Of a stretch of 64,000 bases of DNA, positions 8,609 through 17,935 are shown piece after piece. The position numbers and the translations under genes were made by a program. Source of the stretch: an uncultured Gemmatimonadales bacterium (GTDB taxonomy: Bacteria > Gemmatimonadota > Gemmatimonadetes > Longimicrobiales > Gaopeijiaceae); NCBI GenBank assembly GCA_963823035.1, contig CAWGKG010000007.1, positions 177,995-241,994 of the forward strand, given 5' to 3'. Every line of letters starts with the position of its first letter. The first letter of the stretch is position 1. Below the pieces are notes generated by a model, which worked only from the letters and a program-made list of their open reading frames with translations, was not told the DNA's origin and did not search any database.

Positions 8609-9399
8609 TGTTCCTTCCCTTCCCCGTCGTCGCCGGGCGGGCCCGCGTGCTCGCGACGACCCTCGCGGCGCTCCTCGTCGCCTCCGCGACCGCCGTGCCC
8701 GCGCGTGCCCAGACGGCCCAGGAGATCATCGACCGCGTGGACCGCCTCATGCGGGGCGCGTCCAGCCACGGCAACATGGAGATGCGCATCACCACCGAGC
8801 ACTGGTCCCGCAGCCTCGAGATGGAGGTCTGGTCGCTGGGCACGCAGTACTCGCTGGTGCGCGTCACGGCGCCCGCGCGCGAGGCCGGGACGGCCACGCT
8901 CAAGGCCGGCCAGGAGGTGTGGAACTACCTCCCGCGCGTCGATCGGACCATCAAGGTTCCGCCCTCCCTCATGATGGGCTCGTGGATGGGCTCCCACTTC
9001 ACGAACGACGACCTCGTGAAGGAGAGCCGCATGGTCGACGACTACGACATCGAGATCGCCTTCGACGGCGCTCGGGACGGCACCGACGTCTGGGAGTTCG
9101 CCCTCACGCCCAAGCCCGAGGCCCCCGTGGTGTGGGGGCACATCGAGGAGCAGGTGCGCAAGAGCGACCTGATGCCGACGTGGGTGCGGTACTACGACGA
9201 GGACGGCACGCTCGTGCGCCGCATGACCTTCTCGGACTACAAGCGCATGGGGGGACGCCTCGTGCCGGCGCACATGCTCATCGTCCCCGAAGACAAGCCG
9301 GACGAGAGCACCGCGCTCATCTACCACGACCTAGAATTCGACGTCGGGTTGAAGGCCGACTTCTTCAGCCTGCGCAACCTCCGGGCCCGGGGGCGCTGA
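8605..9399 (+). CDS. Outer-membrane lipoprotein-sorting (LolA-like) periplasmic protein
   Basis: Signal peptide, WNYLPRVDRTIK, SWMGSHFTNDDL, FFSLRNL. Confidence 0.85.
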   Translation: MMFLPFPVVAGRARVLATTLAALLVASATAVPARAQTAQEIIDRVDRLMRGASSHGNMEMRITTEHWSRSLEMEVWSLGTQYSLVRVTAPAREAGTATLKAGQEVWNYLPRVDRTIKVPPSLMMGSWMGSHFTNDDLVKESRMVDDYDIEIAFDGARDGTDVWEFALTPKPEAPVVWGHIEEQVRKSDLMPTWVRYYDEDGTLVRRMTFSDYKRMGGRLVPAHMLIVPEDKPDESTALIYHDLEFDVGLKADFFSLRNLRARGR

Positions 9400-9400
9400 C

Positions 9401-10666
9401 GTGGGCGCGGGCGATGCCGTCTGGTGGCACGTCGCGTGGCGGAACCTCTGGCGAAACCGCGGACGCACGCTCGTCACGGCGTCCGGCCTGGCCCTCGGCT
9501 ACCTCTCCGCGGTCGTCATGGTCGGCCTCACGGACGGGATGAGCGCCGAGCTCGTCGAGAACGGCACGCGGCTCCTCAGCGGCCAGGTGCAGGTGCATGC
9601 GCCGGACTACCTCCCGGAGCGCAGCCTGCACGCCACGATCGGCGGTGAGGACGGAACCGACGTCACCGCGCTCCTGTCGCGCATCGACGCCGACCCCGAC
9701 GTCACCGCGTCGGCGCCGCGCCTCTACGGCGGTGGGCTGGTCTCGGCGGGAGACCGCACGGAGGCCGGCGTCCTTCTCGGGATCGATCCCGAACGCGAGC
9801 CGCGGGTCACCACGCTCCTCTCCTCCCTGGACGGGGGGCGCATGCCGCGCGCCGGCGCCAACGAGCTCGTCGTCGGCTCGGAGATGGCCCGCCAGCTCGA
9901 GCTCGAGGTCGGCGACGAGGTGGTGCTGGTCGCGCCTGCCGCGGACGGCTCGCTCGGCAACGACCTCTACACCCTCACGGGGATCTTCCACTCGGGCACC
10001 CCGGGGATCGACGCGTCGTACGCCGTCCTACCGATCACGGACCTGCAGTTGCTCCTGGCGCTCGATCCGGGGCGCATCCACGAGGTGGCGCTGGACGTCG
10101 CCCGGCCCTGGGACACGGACGCCATCGCGGCGGGCCTCGGAGAACGCCTGGCCGTAGCCGGGCCACCCGTGGACGTGCGCTCGTGGCGCGAGCTTCGCCC
10201 CGAGCTCGCGCAGTCCGTCGACCTCATGGACTCAATGAACTTCCTGATCGTGATCATCATCTTCGGGATGGCCGTCTTCGGCGTGGCGAACACGCTCATC
10301 ATCGGGACGTTCGAACGGAAGAAGGAGTTCGCCGTGGTGCGCGCGCTGGGGACCACGGCCTACGGCGTGGGACGCACGGTCGTCTACGAGGGCATCCTGC
10401 TCGGCGTCCTGGCGCTCGTGACGGGGGCGCTCGTCACCGCCCCCGTGATGTGGTGGTGGCACGTCGCGCCGCCGGACCTGAGCGGCCTCGTGGGCTCCTT
10501 CTCGTGGAGCGGCTCCCAGTGGCGGCCGCTGCTGCGCGTCGAGTACTCCACCGAGACGCCGATCATCGCCGCCGTGGCCCTCTTCCTCACGTCGGTGTTC
10601 GCGGCCCTGTACCCTGCATGGAAGGCGACGCGGGTCCCCCCCGCCGACGCCCTGGCCGACCGATGA
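9401..10666 (+). CDS. ABC permease, LolE/MacB-FtsX family
   Basis: AWRNLWRNRGRT, ERKKEFAVVRALG, YPAWKATRVPPADAL. Confidence 0.9.
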   Translation: MGAGDAVWWHVAWRNLWRNRGRTLVTASGLALGYLSAVVMVGLTDGMSAELVENGTRLLSGQVQVHAPDYLPERSLHATIGGEDGTDVTALLSRIDADPDVTASAPRLYGGGLVSAGDRTEAGVLLGIDPEREPRVTTLLSSLDGGRMPRAGANELVVGSEMARQLELEVGDEVVLVAPAADGSLGNDLYTLTGIFHSGTPGIDASYAVLPITDLQLLLALDPGRIHEVALDVARPWDTDAIAAGLGERLAVAGPPVDVRSWRELRPELAQSVDLMDSMNFLIVIIIFGMAVFGVANTLIIGTFERKKEFAVVRALGTTAYGVGRTVVYEGILLGVLALVTGALVTAPVMWWWHVAPPDLSGLVGSFSWSGSQWRPLLRVEYSTETPIIAAVALFLTSVFAALYPAWKATRVPPADALADR

Positions 10667-11922
10667 AGCTCTACGCGCTCGTCCTCCTCTCGCTGCGCAG
10701 CGTCGGGCGCAACGCGCGCCGGAGCATCCTGACCGCCACGGCCATGGCGCTCGGGCTGGCGCTCCTGATCTTCTCGCGCGCCATCGCCGAGGGTGGCCAC
10801 GAGCAGTGGATCGACTCGGCCGTGCGCCTCGGCACCGGGCACGTCGCCATCCAGGCCCCCGACTACCTCGAGACGGGCCGCCTGGAGCACCGGCTGGATT
10901 CGGCGCGGGTGCAGAGCGTCGTCGCCGCGCTCGAGGACCCTGCGGTCGCCCCCCTCGTGAGCCTGTGGGTGCCGCGCCTGACGGTGAGTGGGCTCGCCAC
11001 CTCGGCGTCGTCGGCGCTCCCCGTGCGCATCGAGGGGGTGGATCCCGCGCGGGAGCAGACCTTCTCCACCCTTCCCGACCAGCTCGTCGAGGGCCGCTAC
11101 CTCGAGCCCGACGACCGTCTGCGCGCTTTCGTGGGCGAGGAGCTGGCACGCCGCCTCGACCTGAAGGTGGGCTCCCGCTTCGTGCTCACCGCGCAGGTGG
11201 CGTCCGGCCAGGTCGAGGGGCAGATGATGCGCGTGGCCGGGATCTTCCACACGGGGATCCAGGAGATGGACGAGGGGCTTGTCCACGTCCCGATCGCCAC
11301 GATGCGCCGATGGCTGGGCGTCGCCGGGGCGGCCACCACCGTCGCCGTGCTCCTGAAGCGCACCCGCGCGACGGACGGCGTGGTGCGCCGCCTCGCTCGG
11401 GAGTTGGACGGCGCGAAGGGTATCCGGGTCCTCGGGTGGCGGCAGGCCTCCCCCGAGATGGACTCGGCGGTGCGCATCGACGACTACGGCGACTACGTCT
11501 TCCACGCCATCCTCTTCGCCATCATCGCGCTGGCCATCCTCAACGCGGTCATGATGTCCGTGCTCGGACGAAGGCGGGAGTTCGGGATCCTGCAGGCGCT
11601 CGGTCTCACCGGCGGTGAGACGGGGCTGGTGGTGATGGGCGAGGGCCTCTGCCTCACGGCCGCCTCCGGGCTGATCGGGATGGTGGCCGGCTTCGTCTTC
11701 ACCTGGGTGTTCTTCCGCCACGGGCTCGACTTCAGCGCCTTCATGGAGAGCATGACGGCCTCGGGCGGCGTCATCAATCCGGTGATCGTTCCGGTGTTCC
11801 GCATGGACCAGGTGTTCCTCTCGGTCGTCTCGATCCTGGTGATCGGGACCCTCGCGTCCCTCTATCCGGCCTTCCGGGCGACCCGTCTCGACGTCGCCGA
11901 GGCCATGAAGTTCGAGCAATGA
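10663..11922 (+). CDS. ABC permease, LolE/MacB-FtsX family
   Basis: RSVGRNARRS, RRREFGILQALG, YPAFRATRLDVAEAM; ATGA overlap. Confidence 0.9.
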   Translation: MKLYALVLLSLRSVGRNARRSILTATAMALGLALLIFSRAIAEGGHEQWIDSAVRLGTGHVAIQAPDYLETGRLEHRLDSARVQSVVAALEDPAVAPLVSLWVPRLTVSGLATSASSALPVRIEGVDPAREQTFSTLPDQLVEGRYLEPDDRLRAFVGEELARRLDLKVGSRFVLTAQVASGQVEGQMMRVAGIFHTGIQEMDEGLVHVPIATMRRWLGVAGAATTVAVLLKRTRATDGVVRRLARELDGAKGIRVLGWRQASPEMDSAVRIDDYGDYVFHAILFAIIALAILNAVMMSVLGRRREFGILQALGLTGGETGLVVMGEGLCLTAASGLIGMVAGFVFTWVFFRHGLDFSAFMESMTASGGVINPVIVPVFRMDQVFLSVVSILVIGTLASLYPAFRATRLDVAEAMKFEQ

Positions 11923-12644
11923 GCGCAACGAACGGAGCCGCACCCGCCGTCCGGACGGAGGACGTCTGGAAGGTGTATCCGCAGGAGCCCACCCCGGTCG
12001 AGGCGGTGCGTGGCCTCTCGTTCGAGGTCGCGACCGGCGACTTCGTGGCGATGGCCGGTCCGTCCGGCTCCGGCAAGACGACGGTCCTCAACCTCCTGGG
12101 CGCCCTCACCCGCCCGACGCGGGGTCGCATCTGGATCGACGACCGGGAGCTCACGGCGATGGACCCGAAGCACCTGGCGCGCCTCCGCCTGGAGCGAATC
12201 GGCTTCGTCTTCCAGGCCTACAACCTCCTCCCGGTGCTGTCCGCGCTGGAGAACGCGGAGTTCACTCTGCTGCTTCGTGGCGTCCCCGCCGAGGAGCGCC
12301 GACGCCGCGTACGCGCGCTGTTCGCGGAGATCGGCCTCGAGGGGATGGAGGATCGACGCCCCTCCAAGCTCTCCGGGGGTCAGCAGCAGCGTGTCGCCGT
12401 CGCGCGCGCCGTGATCGGCGACCCTGCGCTCGTCCTGGCGGACGAGCCCACCGCCAACCTCGACTCGGTGACCTCGAACGCGCTTCTCGACGTGATGGAG
12501 CGCCTGAACCGCGACCACGGCACCACCTTCGTGTTCTCCACGCACGACCCGCGCGTGATGGAGCGCGCGCGCCGCCTGGTGCGCCTCGTCGACGGGCGCA
12601 TCGAGTCCGACGAGCGGCACGGTCCGGCCCGCGAGACGCGATGA
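11919..12644 (+). CDS. ABC ATP-binding protein, LolD/MacB type
   Basis: GPSGSGKT, LSGGQQQRVA, LADEPTANLD, STHD. Confidence 0.95.
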   Translation: MSATNGAAPAVRTEDVWKVYPQEPTPVEAVRGLSFEVATGDFVAMAGPSGSGKTTVLNLLGALTRPTRGRIWIDDRELTAMDPKHLARLRLERIGFVFQAYNLLPVLSALENAEFTLLLRGVPAEERRRRVRALFAEIGLEGMEDRRPSKLSGGQQQRVAVARAVIGDPALVLADEPTANLDSVTSNALLDVMERLNRDHGTTFVFSTHDPRVMERARRLVRLVDGRIESDERHGPARETR

Positions 12645-13855
12645 GGGGTCGGCCCTCCCCGGTCCGGGCGCGTGCCGTCGCGTCGCTGGCCGCTGCGGCG
12701 CTGGCCCTCGCTGCGGCGGCGGAGGGTGCCGCGGGTCAGCTCGCCGTGAAGGGGTACGCCCTCGGGGTCGGGACGCGCGCCGGCGCGAGCGACTTCGGTC
12801 CGGCCGGCACCACCCTTCTCGCCCGGACACGGCTCATGCCGACCTGGAGCTCCGGGCCGGTCACGGTCGACGTGGCCTACGAGCACATCCTGACCCGGAC
12901 GCCGCCCGGTGGAGGCATCCGGGTGACCACCCCCGGTGGGACCGGCGCGGGCACCGAGGACTGGATGGGAACCGACTGGGAGATCCGCTCCACCTCCCGG
13001 AGCACGTGGCGCCACCGATTCGACCGCCTGAGCGTGGGCTTCGACGCCGGCCCCCTCTCCGTGGTCGTGGGCAGACAGGCGATCTCGTGGGCGACCACGC
13101 TCTTCCTCACCCCCGCGGACCCCTTCACCCCTTTCGATCCGTCCGACCCCTTCCGCGAGTACCGCGGCGGCGTGGACGCCGTGCGCGTCCGGGCCTTTCC
13201 CGGTCCCTTCACCGAGTTGGACGCGGTCGTCCGACCGACCAGGACCACCACCGGCACCACGCTCACGGCCGTCGGCCGTGCGCAGACGTCGCGCGGCGGG
13301 TGGGCGTTCGGGGGCTGGGGGGGCGTCGTGCACGACGAGGGTGCCGCAGCCCTCTTCGCCACCGGCGCCGCGGGGGCGACCGCCCTGCGTGGCTCCGTCT
13401 CGCTCCGGCACGCTCCCGCGGGTGGCACGACCGCGCGTGCCGCCGCCGGCGGCGATCGGCGCTTCTCTCTGTCCGGACGCGACCTCTACGCGATCGTCGA
13501 GGTCCAGTACGACGGGTTCGGCGCCGCACGCGCCTCCGAGCTCCTCGACGTCACCGCTTCCGCGCCCTACGCGCATGGGGAGATGCAGACGCTGGGACGA
13601 TGGACGGCGGCGGCTCAAGCGAGCTGGCAGCTTCACCCTCTGGTGTCGACGGACCTGATGGCGCTGGTCGACCTCGTCGACGGGAGCGCGCTGATCGCGC
13701 CGGGCGTCTCCTGGTCCGTGTCGTCATCGGCCTCACTGCGCGCCGGTGCGTTCGTGGGCGCGGGGGCCGGCACCGTGGACCCGCTCACGGGGTTCGCCTC
13801 GGAGTACGGTCCCGTGCCGTTCCTGGGCTACGCCGCCCTCTCCGTGTTCTTCTGA
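12641..13855 (+). CDS. Hypothetical outer-membrane beta-barrel protein
   Basis: Signal peptide, GRQAISW, P.DPF.P...REYRGGVDA, C-terminal aromatic FF. Confidence 0.7.
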   Translation: MRGRPSPVRARAVASLAAAALALAAAAEGAAGQLAVKGYALGVGTRAGASDFGPAGTTLLARTRLMPTWSSGPVTVDVAYEHILTRTPPGGGIRVTTPGGTGAGTEDWMGTDWEIRSTSRSTWRHRFDRLSVGFDAGPLSVVVGRQAISWATTLFLTPADPFTPFDPSDPFREYRGGVDAVRVRAFPGPFTELDAVVRPTRTTTGTTLTAVGRAQTSRGGWAFGGWGGVVHDEGAAALFATGAAGATALRGSVSLRHAPAGGTTARAAAGGDRRFSLSGRDLYAIVEVQYDGFGAARASELLDVTASAPYAHGEMQTLGRWTAAAQASWQLHPLVSTDLMALVDLVDGSALIAPGVSWSVSSSASLRAGAFVGAGAGTVDPLTGFASEYGPVPFLGYAALSVFF

Positions 13856-13918
13856 ACCCTTCCCCACGCGGTCGGCGTACTAGAGGGCAACGCAGCAGGG
13901 CGAACGAGGAGTCGAGCC

Positions 13919-14101
13919 ATGGCCAAGAACCAACGACAGAACGCACCGCGGGACCGCAAGCAGCCGCTCAAGTTCCCGAAGCCGCCGTGCACGCCCGAGC
14001 CGCCTCGCGTCCCGCCGCCTCCAAGGCCGGCGCCGCCCTTCGATCCGGCGATTCCCGACTTCCGGAAGATCTTCAAGTCGGGACGGCGCGGCCGGGACTG
14101 A
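13919..14101 (+). CDS. Small basic proline-rich protein (60 aa)
   Basis: GAGGAG ribosome-binding site, mostly G/C-ending codons, fills an intergenic gap. Confidence 0.5.
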   Translation: MAKNQRQNAPRDRKQPLKFPKPPCTPEPPRVPPPPRPAPPFDPAIPDFRKIFKSGRRGRD

Positions 14102-14110
14102 GCACCGCCC

Positions 14111-14837
14111 TCAGGCGGTCGAGCCGACCGCCCGCCCTTCCTGCCCGGTGGGCGCGCCCCGCACGCCGGGCATGACGTTGTAGCGGTAGCCGATCCAGAT
14201 CATCACCAGGCCGATGAACTCCATGATGTAGAGCACCTCGGTGTGGCCGAAGCGCGTCGCCGTGCCCCCGATGCCCGGGAGGAGCGCGCCGAGCGCGATG
14301 AAGACGTTGCCGATGAAGCGGTGGCGCGCCGAGGCGTCACTGCGGAAGCGCCAGGCCGACATCGCCGCCCCTCCGATGAGGAAGATCGCGGCGTAGGTGT
14401 TGATGAAGGGGCTGAACAGCCGCGCCGCGTGCCACTCCATGACGTGACCGGTGAGCCGGTGCGTCTCCACCAGGCTGTAGTCGATGGGGCTCAGCAGCAC
14501 CATCACCGAGGCCACGACGATCGCGGTCACCAGAACGCACGGAGAGCCGGTTCGCGAGCTTGCGCGAGAACATGAGGTACACGGTGCCCTGCGCCAGCGG
14601 CGCGCCGCCGAGCAGCGCCCCCGAGATGTACCACGCGCGGAAGACCGACTCGTGCCAGCCGAAGAGCGTCGTGAACGACTCCGTGAACGTCCCGACGCCG
14701 TAGACCGCGATCCCGAACGCCCACCAGAGGAGGTGTGGCCCCGAGCGGCGCTCCCGCCACCGTCGAAAGACCACGGGCGCGAAGAAGGCGGCGACGATCG
14801 TGGTGGCGATCGGGATGAAGGAGACGAAGGCGGGCAT
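14111..14837 (-). CDS. Stand-alone ~7-TM membrane protein (frameshift near 14535)
   Basis: ORFs 14337..14837 and 14111..14530 join into one continuous hydrophobic protein. Confidence 0.75.
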
Positions 14838-14852
14838 GGGCAGGCGCCTCCC

Positions 14853-17067
14853 CTAGAAGGACACTTCCCAGGAGAGCGTCAGGTTGCGCTTGGGCTCGGG
14901 GCGGAAGAACGACGCGTTCGAGAACTCCGCGTAGAGCTGGTTCGTCAGGTTCGTGATGCCGACGTTCAGGCGGTGCACCTGCCCGCCCTCGGTGCGCAGC
15001 ACGGTCACGCCGGCGCGCAGGTCCTGGACGGTGAAGGCCGGAAGGACGTCGCCGATCGGGTTGTCCACGAGCTGCACGTCCTTGCGGACGCCGTTGTGAC
15101 GGACTTCCCATGCGCCCCAGAAGCGATCCGCGCGGTCCTCGTAGCGCAGCGTTCCGGTGAGCTTCCTGCTGAAGGACTCGCCGACCGGGTTCTCCTTGTT
15201 GAGCGCGTCCTTCGCATCCATCCAGGTGTAGCTCCCGTTCACGGACAGCCCGCCCGCGACGGCGACACGGCCGTTGAACTCCGCACCACGGAAGATGAGC
15301 TTCTCGACGTTCGTGTTCTGGTAGGCGGCCTGGCCGTTCACCTCGTAGCCCAGCGGCGCGATGCGGATGCCGTCGCTGATCCTGTTGCGGAAGCCGAAGG
15401 CCTCCAGCGACACCCGGTCCTTCCGGTAGCGCATGCCCAGGTCGACGTTGAAGCTCGTCTCGGCCTTGAGGTCGGGGTTGGCGACCTGGTAACCCGACCC
15501 CTCGGGCGTGGCGCCGTCGAAGAACCGCTCGATCAGGTTGGGGGAGCGGAACGCGCGCCCGGTGGAAGCCACCAGCGACAGCCCGCCGCCCAGCTCGTAG
15601 ATCCCGTTCAGGGCCGCCACGAACGTGCCGTCGGTGATCGTCGTGGGCGCGAGGTCCTCGAGGCCGGCCGTCGCGTACGTCTCGGCGCGGGCCGTCTGGT
15701 AGCGCCCACCGGCCACGAAGGAGAGGCGCTGCGTGGCCTGGATCTCGCCCTGCGCGAAGGCGCCGGCGGTCAGGAAGCTCGAGGTGGGCAGCTGCGGACG
15801 GTCGCTCACGTCCTCCATCGGCGGCCCGAAACCGAGGATCGTCGTCGCGTTGTGGTCCGTGCCCTGGGCACGCTCGCGCACGGCGTCGATCCCGTACGTG
15901 AAGAGGAGACCCGGCGTGGCGAGCTTCCGCGCCTCGGCGCGCATGCCGTAGGTGCGGATGTTCGTGAAGTTCTGCTGGAGGATGGACATCGAGGCGGACG
16001 GACCGAGCGCCAGGTCGAAGCGCGAAGTCGAGGTTCCGCTCGTTGTCCTGGCCGTACGCCTGGATCGAGACCTGGTCGGCCAGCAGCGTGCCGAGGTCAC
16101 GGCCCAGGTAGCCGGCGGTGACCTTGGACCAGCGCTGCGTCGGGTAGCTGATCCGGATGTCGGGCTGGCCGGGCGCGTACAGGGCCGGATCGACGCTGCC
16201 GAAGCCGGCGTCGTCGGCCGTGTAGGTCTCGAACTTCCCGTAGACGGAGTGGTTCCCCTGCGGCTCCCACCCGAGCCGCACGTCCATCGAGCGGTCCTTC
16301 ACGCCGGTCCCGCTCACGAGGGCATCCTGGTCGAGCGTGATCGCGCCGAAGCTCCCCGCGGGAGCGTCGTAGGCGTCCGCCTGGCGCAGCGTGCCACCCG
16401 CGCGCAGCGTGAACGCCCCCGACCGTCCGAAGACGCGCGCGGAGCCGGCCTTCTGGTTCTCGACGCCGCCGTAGCGCAGCGAGCCCACCCCGTGGAAGCC
16501 CTCCGCCTGCGCCGTGCGCGTGATGATGTTGACCACGCCGCCGATCGCATCCGAGCCGTAGAGCACCGAAGCCGGGCCGCGTACGACCTCCACGCGCTCC
16601 ACGCCGTTCACGTCCACCAGCGCGGGCAGCTCCCCGAAGTCCTGCTGGCGGCGGAAGTTGTTGAGTCGGAGCCCGTCCTCCAGGAGGAGGATGCGCTGTC
16701 CGCGCTGACCCCGGATCTCCGGGCGGCCCTGGTTCACGCCCACGCCCGTCACGTCCAGGCCGGGGAGGGAGCGGAAGAGGTCCGTGACCGTGTTCGGGAT
16801 CTGCTGGACCAGGTCACGCCGCTGCACCACCGACACGGGCTGCGGGATCTTCGAGGCTTCGCGCGGCCCGCGCGTCGCGGTCACGACGATCGGGTCCACG
16901 TTGAAGATCAGCGTGTCCGGCTTGCGCGACCGGCTGCTTCCGCCCTGCCCCGTGCCCTGGGCCAGGAGCCCGCACGGGGCGGCGAGCGCCGCGAAGGCGA
17001 GCGTGAGTACGGCGGCCCGGATCCCGGAGCCGGGCAGCGTGCTGGGGCTCGAAGTCTCGGTGGTCAT
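14853..17067 (-). CDS. TonB-dependent receptor (frameshift near 16020)
   Basis: IVVTATR TonB box, VERVEVVRGPASVLYGSDAIGGVVNIIT plug, FRSPN, NPDLKAETS, C-terminal F. Confidence 0.92.
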
Positions 17068-17269
17068 CGCGTCTCACTCTCCCCTTCGTGCCGCCCATTC
17101 GGCGGTCTCGTTGAACGCAGGCAGGGCCCGCGGTGTGGCCTGAGGCACAACGGGGAAGCTAGACCTCGTGCATTTTTCGCGTAATTCGGAGATCCCCGAA
17201 GGATGGGGTCCGGGGATGTACGTACGGCCCCGGCCGACGTCCACCGAAGGGAAAGGCCCTACGGCGACG

Positions 17270-17935
17270 CTATTCCTCGGCCTCGCCCAGACCGTTCTCC
17301 ACCACGAAGCGCGTAAGCCCCGCGACGGTGCGGACACGGAGCTTCGCCATGACGCGCTCCCGGTGGGTCTCCACGGTGCGCGGGCTGATGCCGAACTCCT
17401 CGGCGATCTCGCGGTTGGTGCGCCCGTTGGCGACGCGAACGAGGACCTCGCGCTCCCGCCCCGTGAGCTGGTCGAGGCGCGAGCGCTGGCGCTCTCGCTC
17501 GAGCTCCTCGCGCAGGGCGACGCTGAGCTGGTGGGTCACCCGCTCCGTGAAGTACTCCTTCCCGTCGACGACGGCCTCCACCGCTTCGCGCAACTCGGCG
17601 GGCCCGACGTCCTTGAGCACGTACCCGTCCGCCCCGACGCGTACGGCCTCCAGGACGTACTCCGGGTTGTCGTGCATGGACAGCACGAGGATGCCCACCT
17701 CCGAGCCGGCGAGGCGCAGCTCCCTGGCGACCTCCAGGCCGGTCTTCTCCGGCATCGAGATGTCGAGGAGGAGGAGATCGGTTTCGTGCTCCTGGACCAG
17801 GCGGAGCACCTCGGCCCCGTCCGCGGCCTCCGCGACGACCTCGAGTCCCGGAATCTCCTCGAGAACGTGGCGGATGCCCTGACGGACCACGGCGTGGTCG
17901 TCTGCGATGATCACCCGAATGCGCGCGTCGCTCAC
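17270..17935 (-). CDS. NarL/FixJ family response regulator
   Basis: ADDHAVVRQG, LDISMP, LSMH, LTGREREVL..GRTNREIA..ISPRTVETHR. Confidence 0.95.
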   Translation of the reverse strand: MSDARIRVIIADDHAVVRQGIRHVLEEIPGLEVVAEAADGAEVLRLVQEHETDLLLLDISMPEKTGLEVARELRLAGSEVGILVLSMHDNPEYVLEAVRVGADGYVLKDVGPAELREAVEAVVDGKEYFTERVTHQLSVALREELERERQRSRLDQLTGREREVLVRVANGRTNREIAEEFGISPRTVETHRERVMAKLRVRTVAGLTRFVVENGLGEAEE

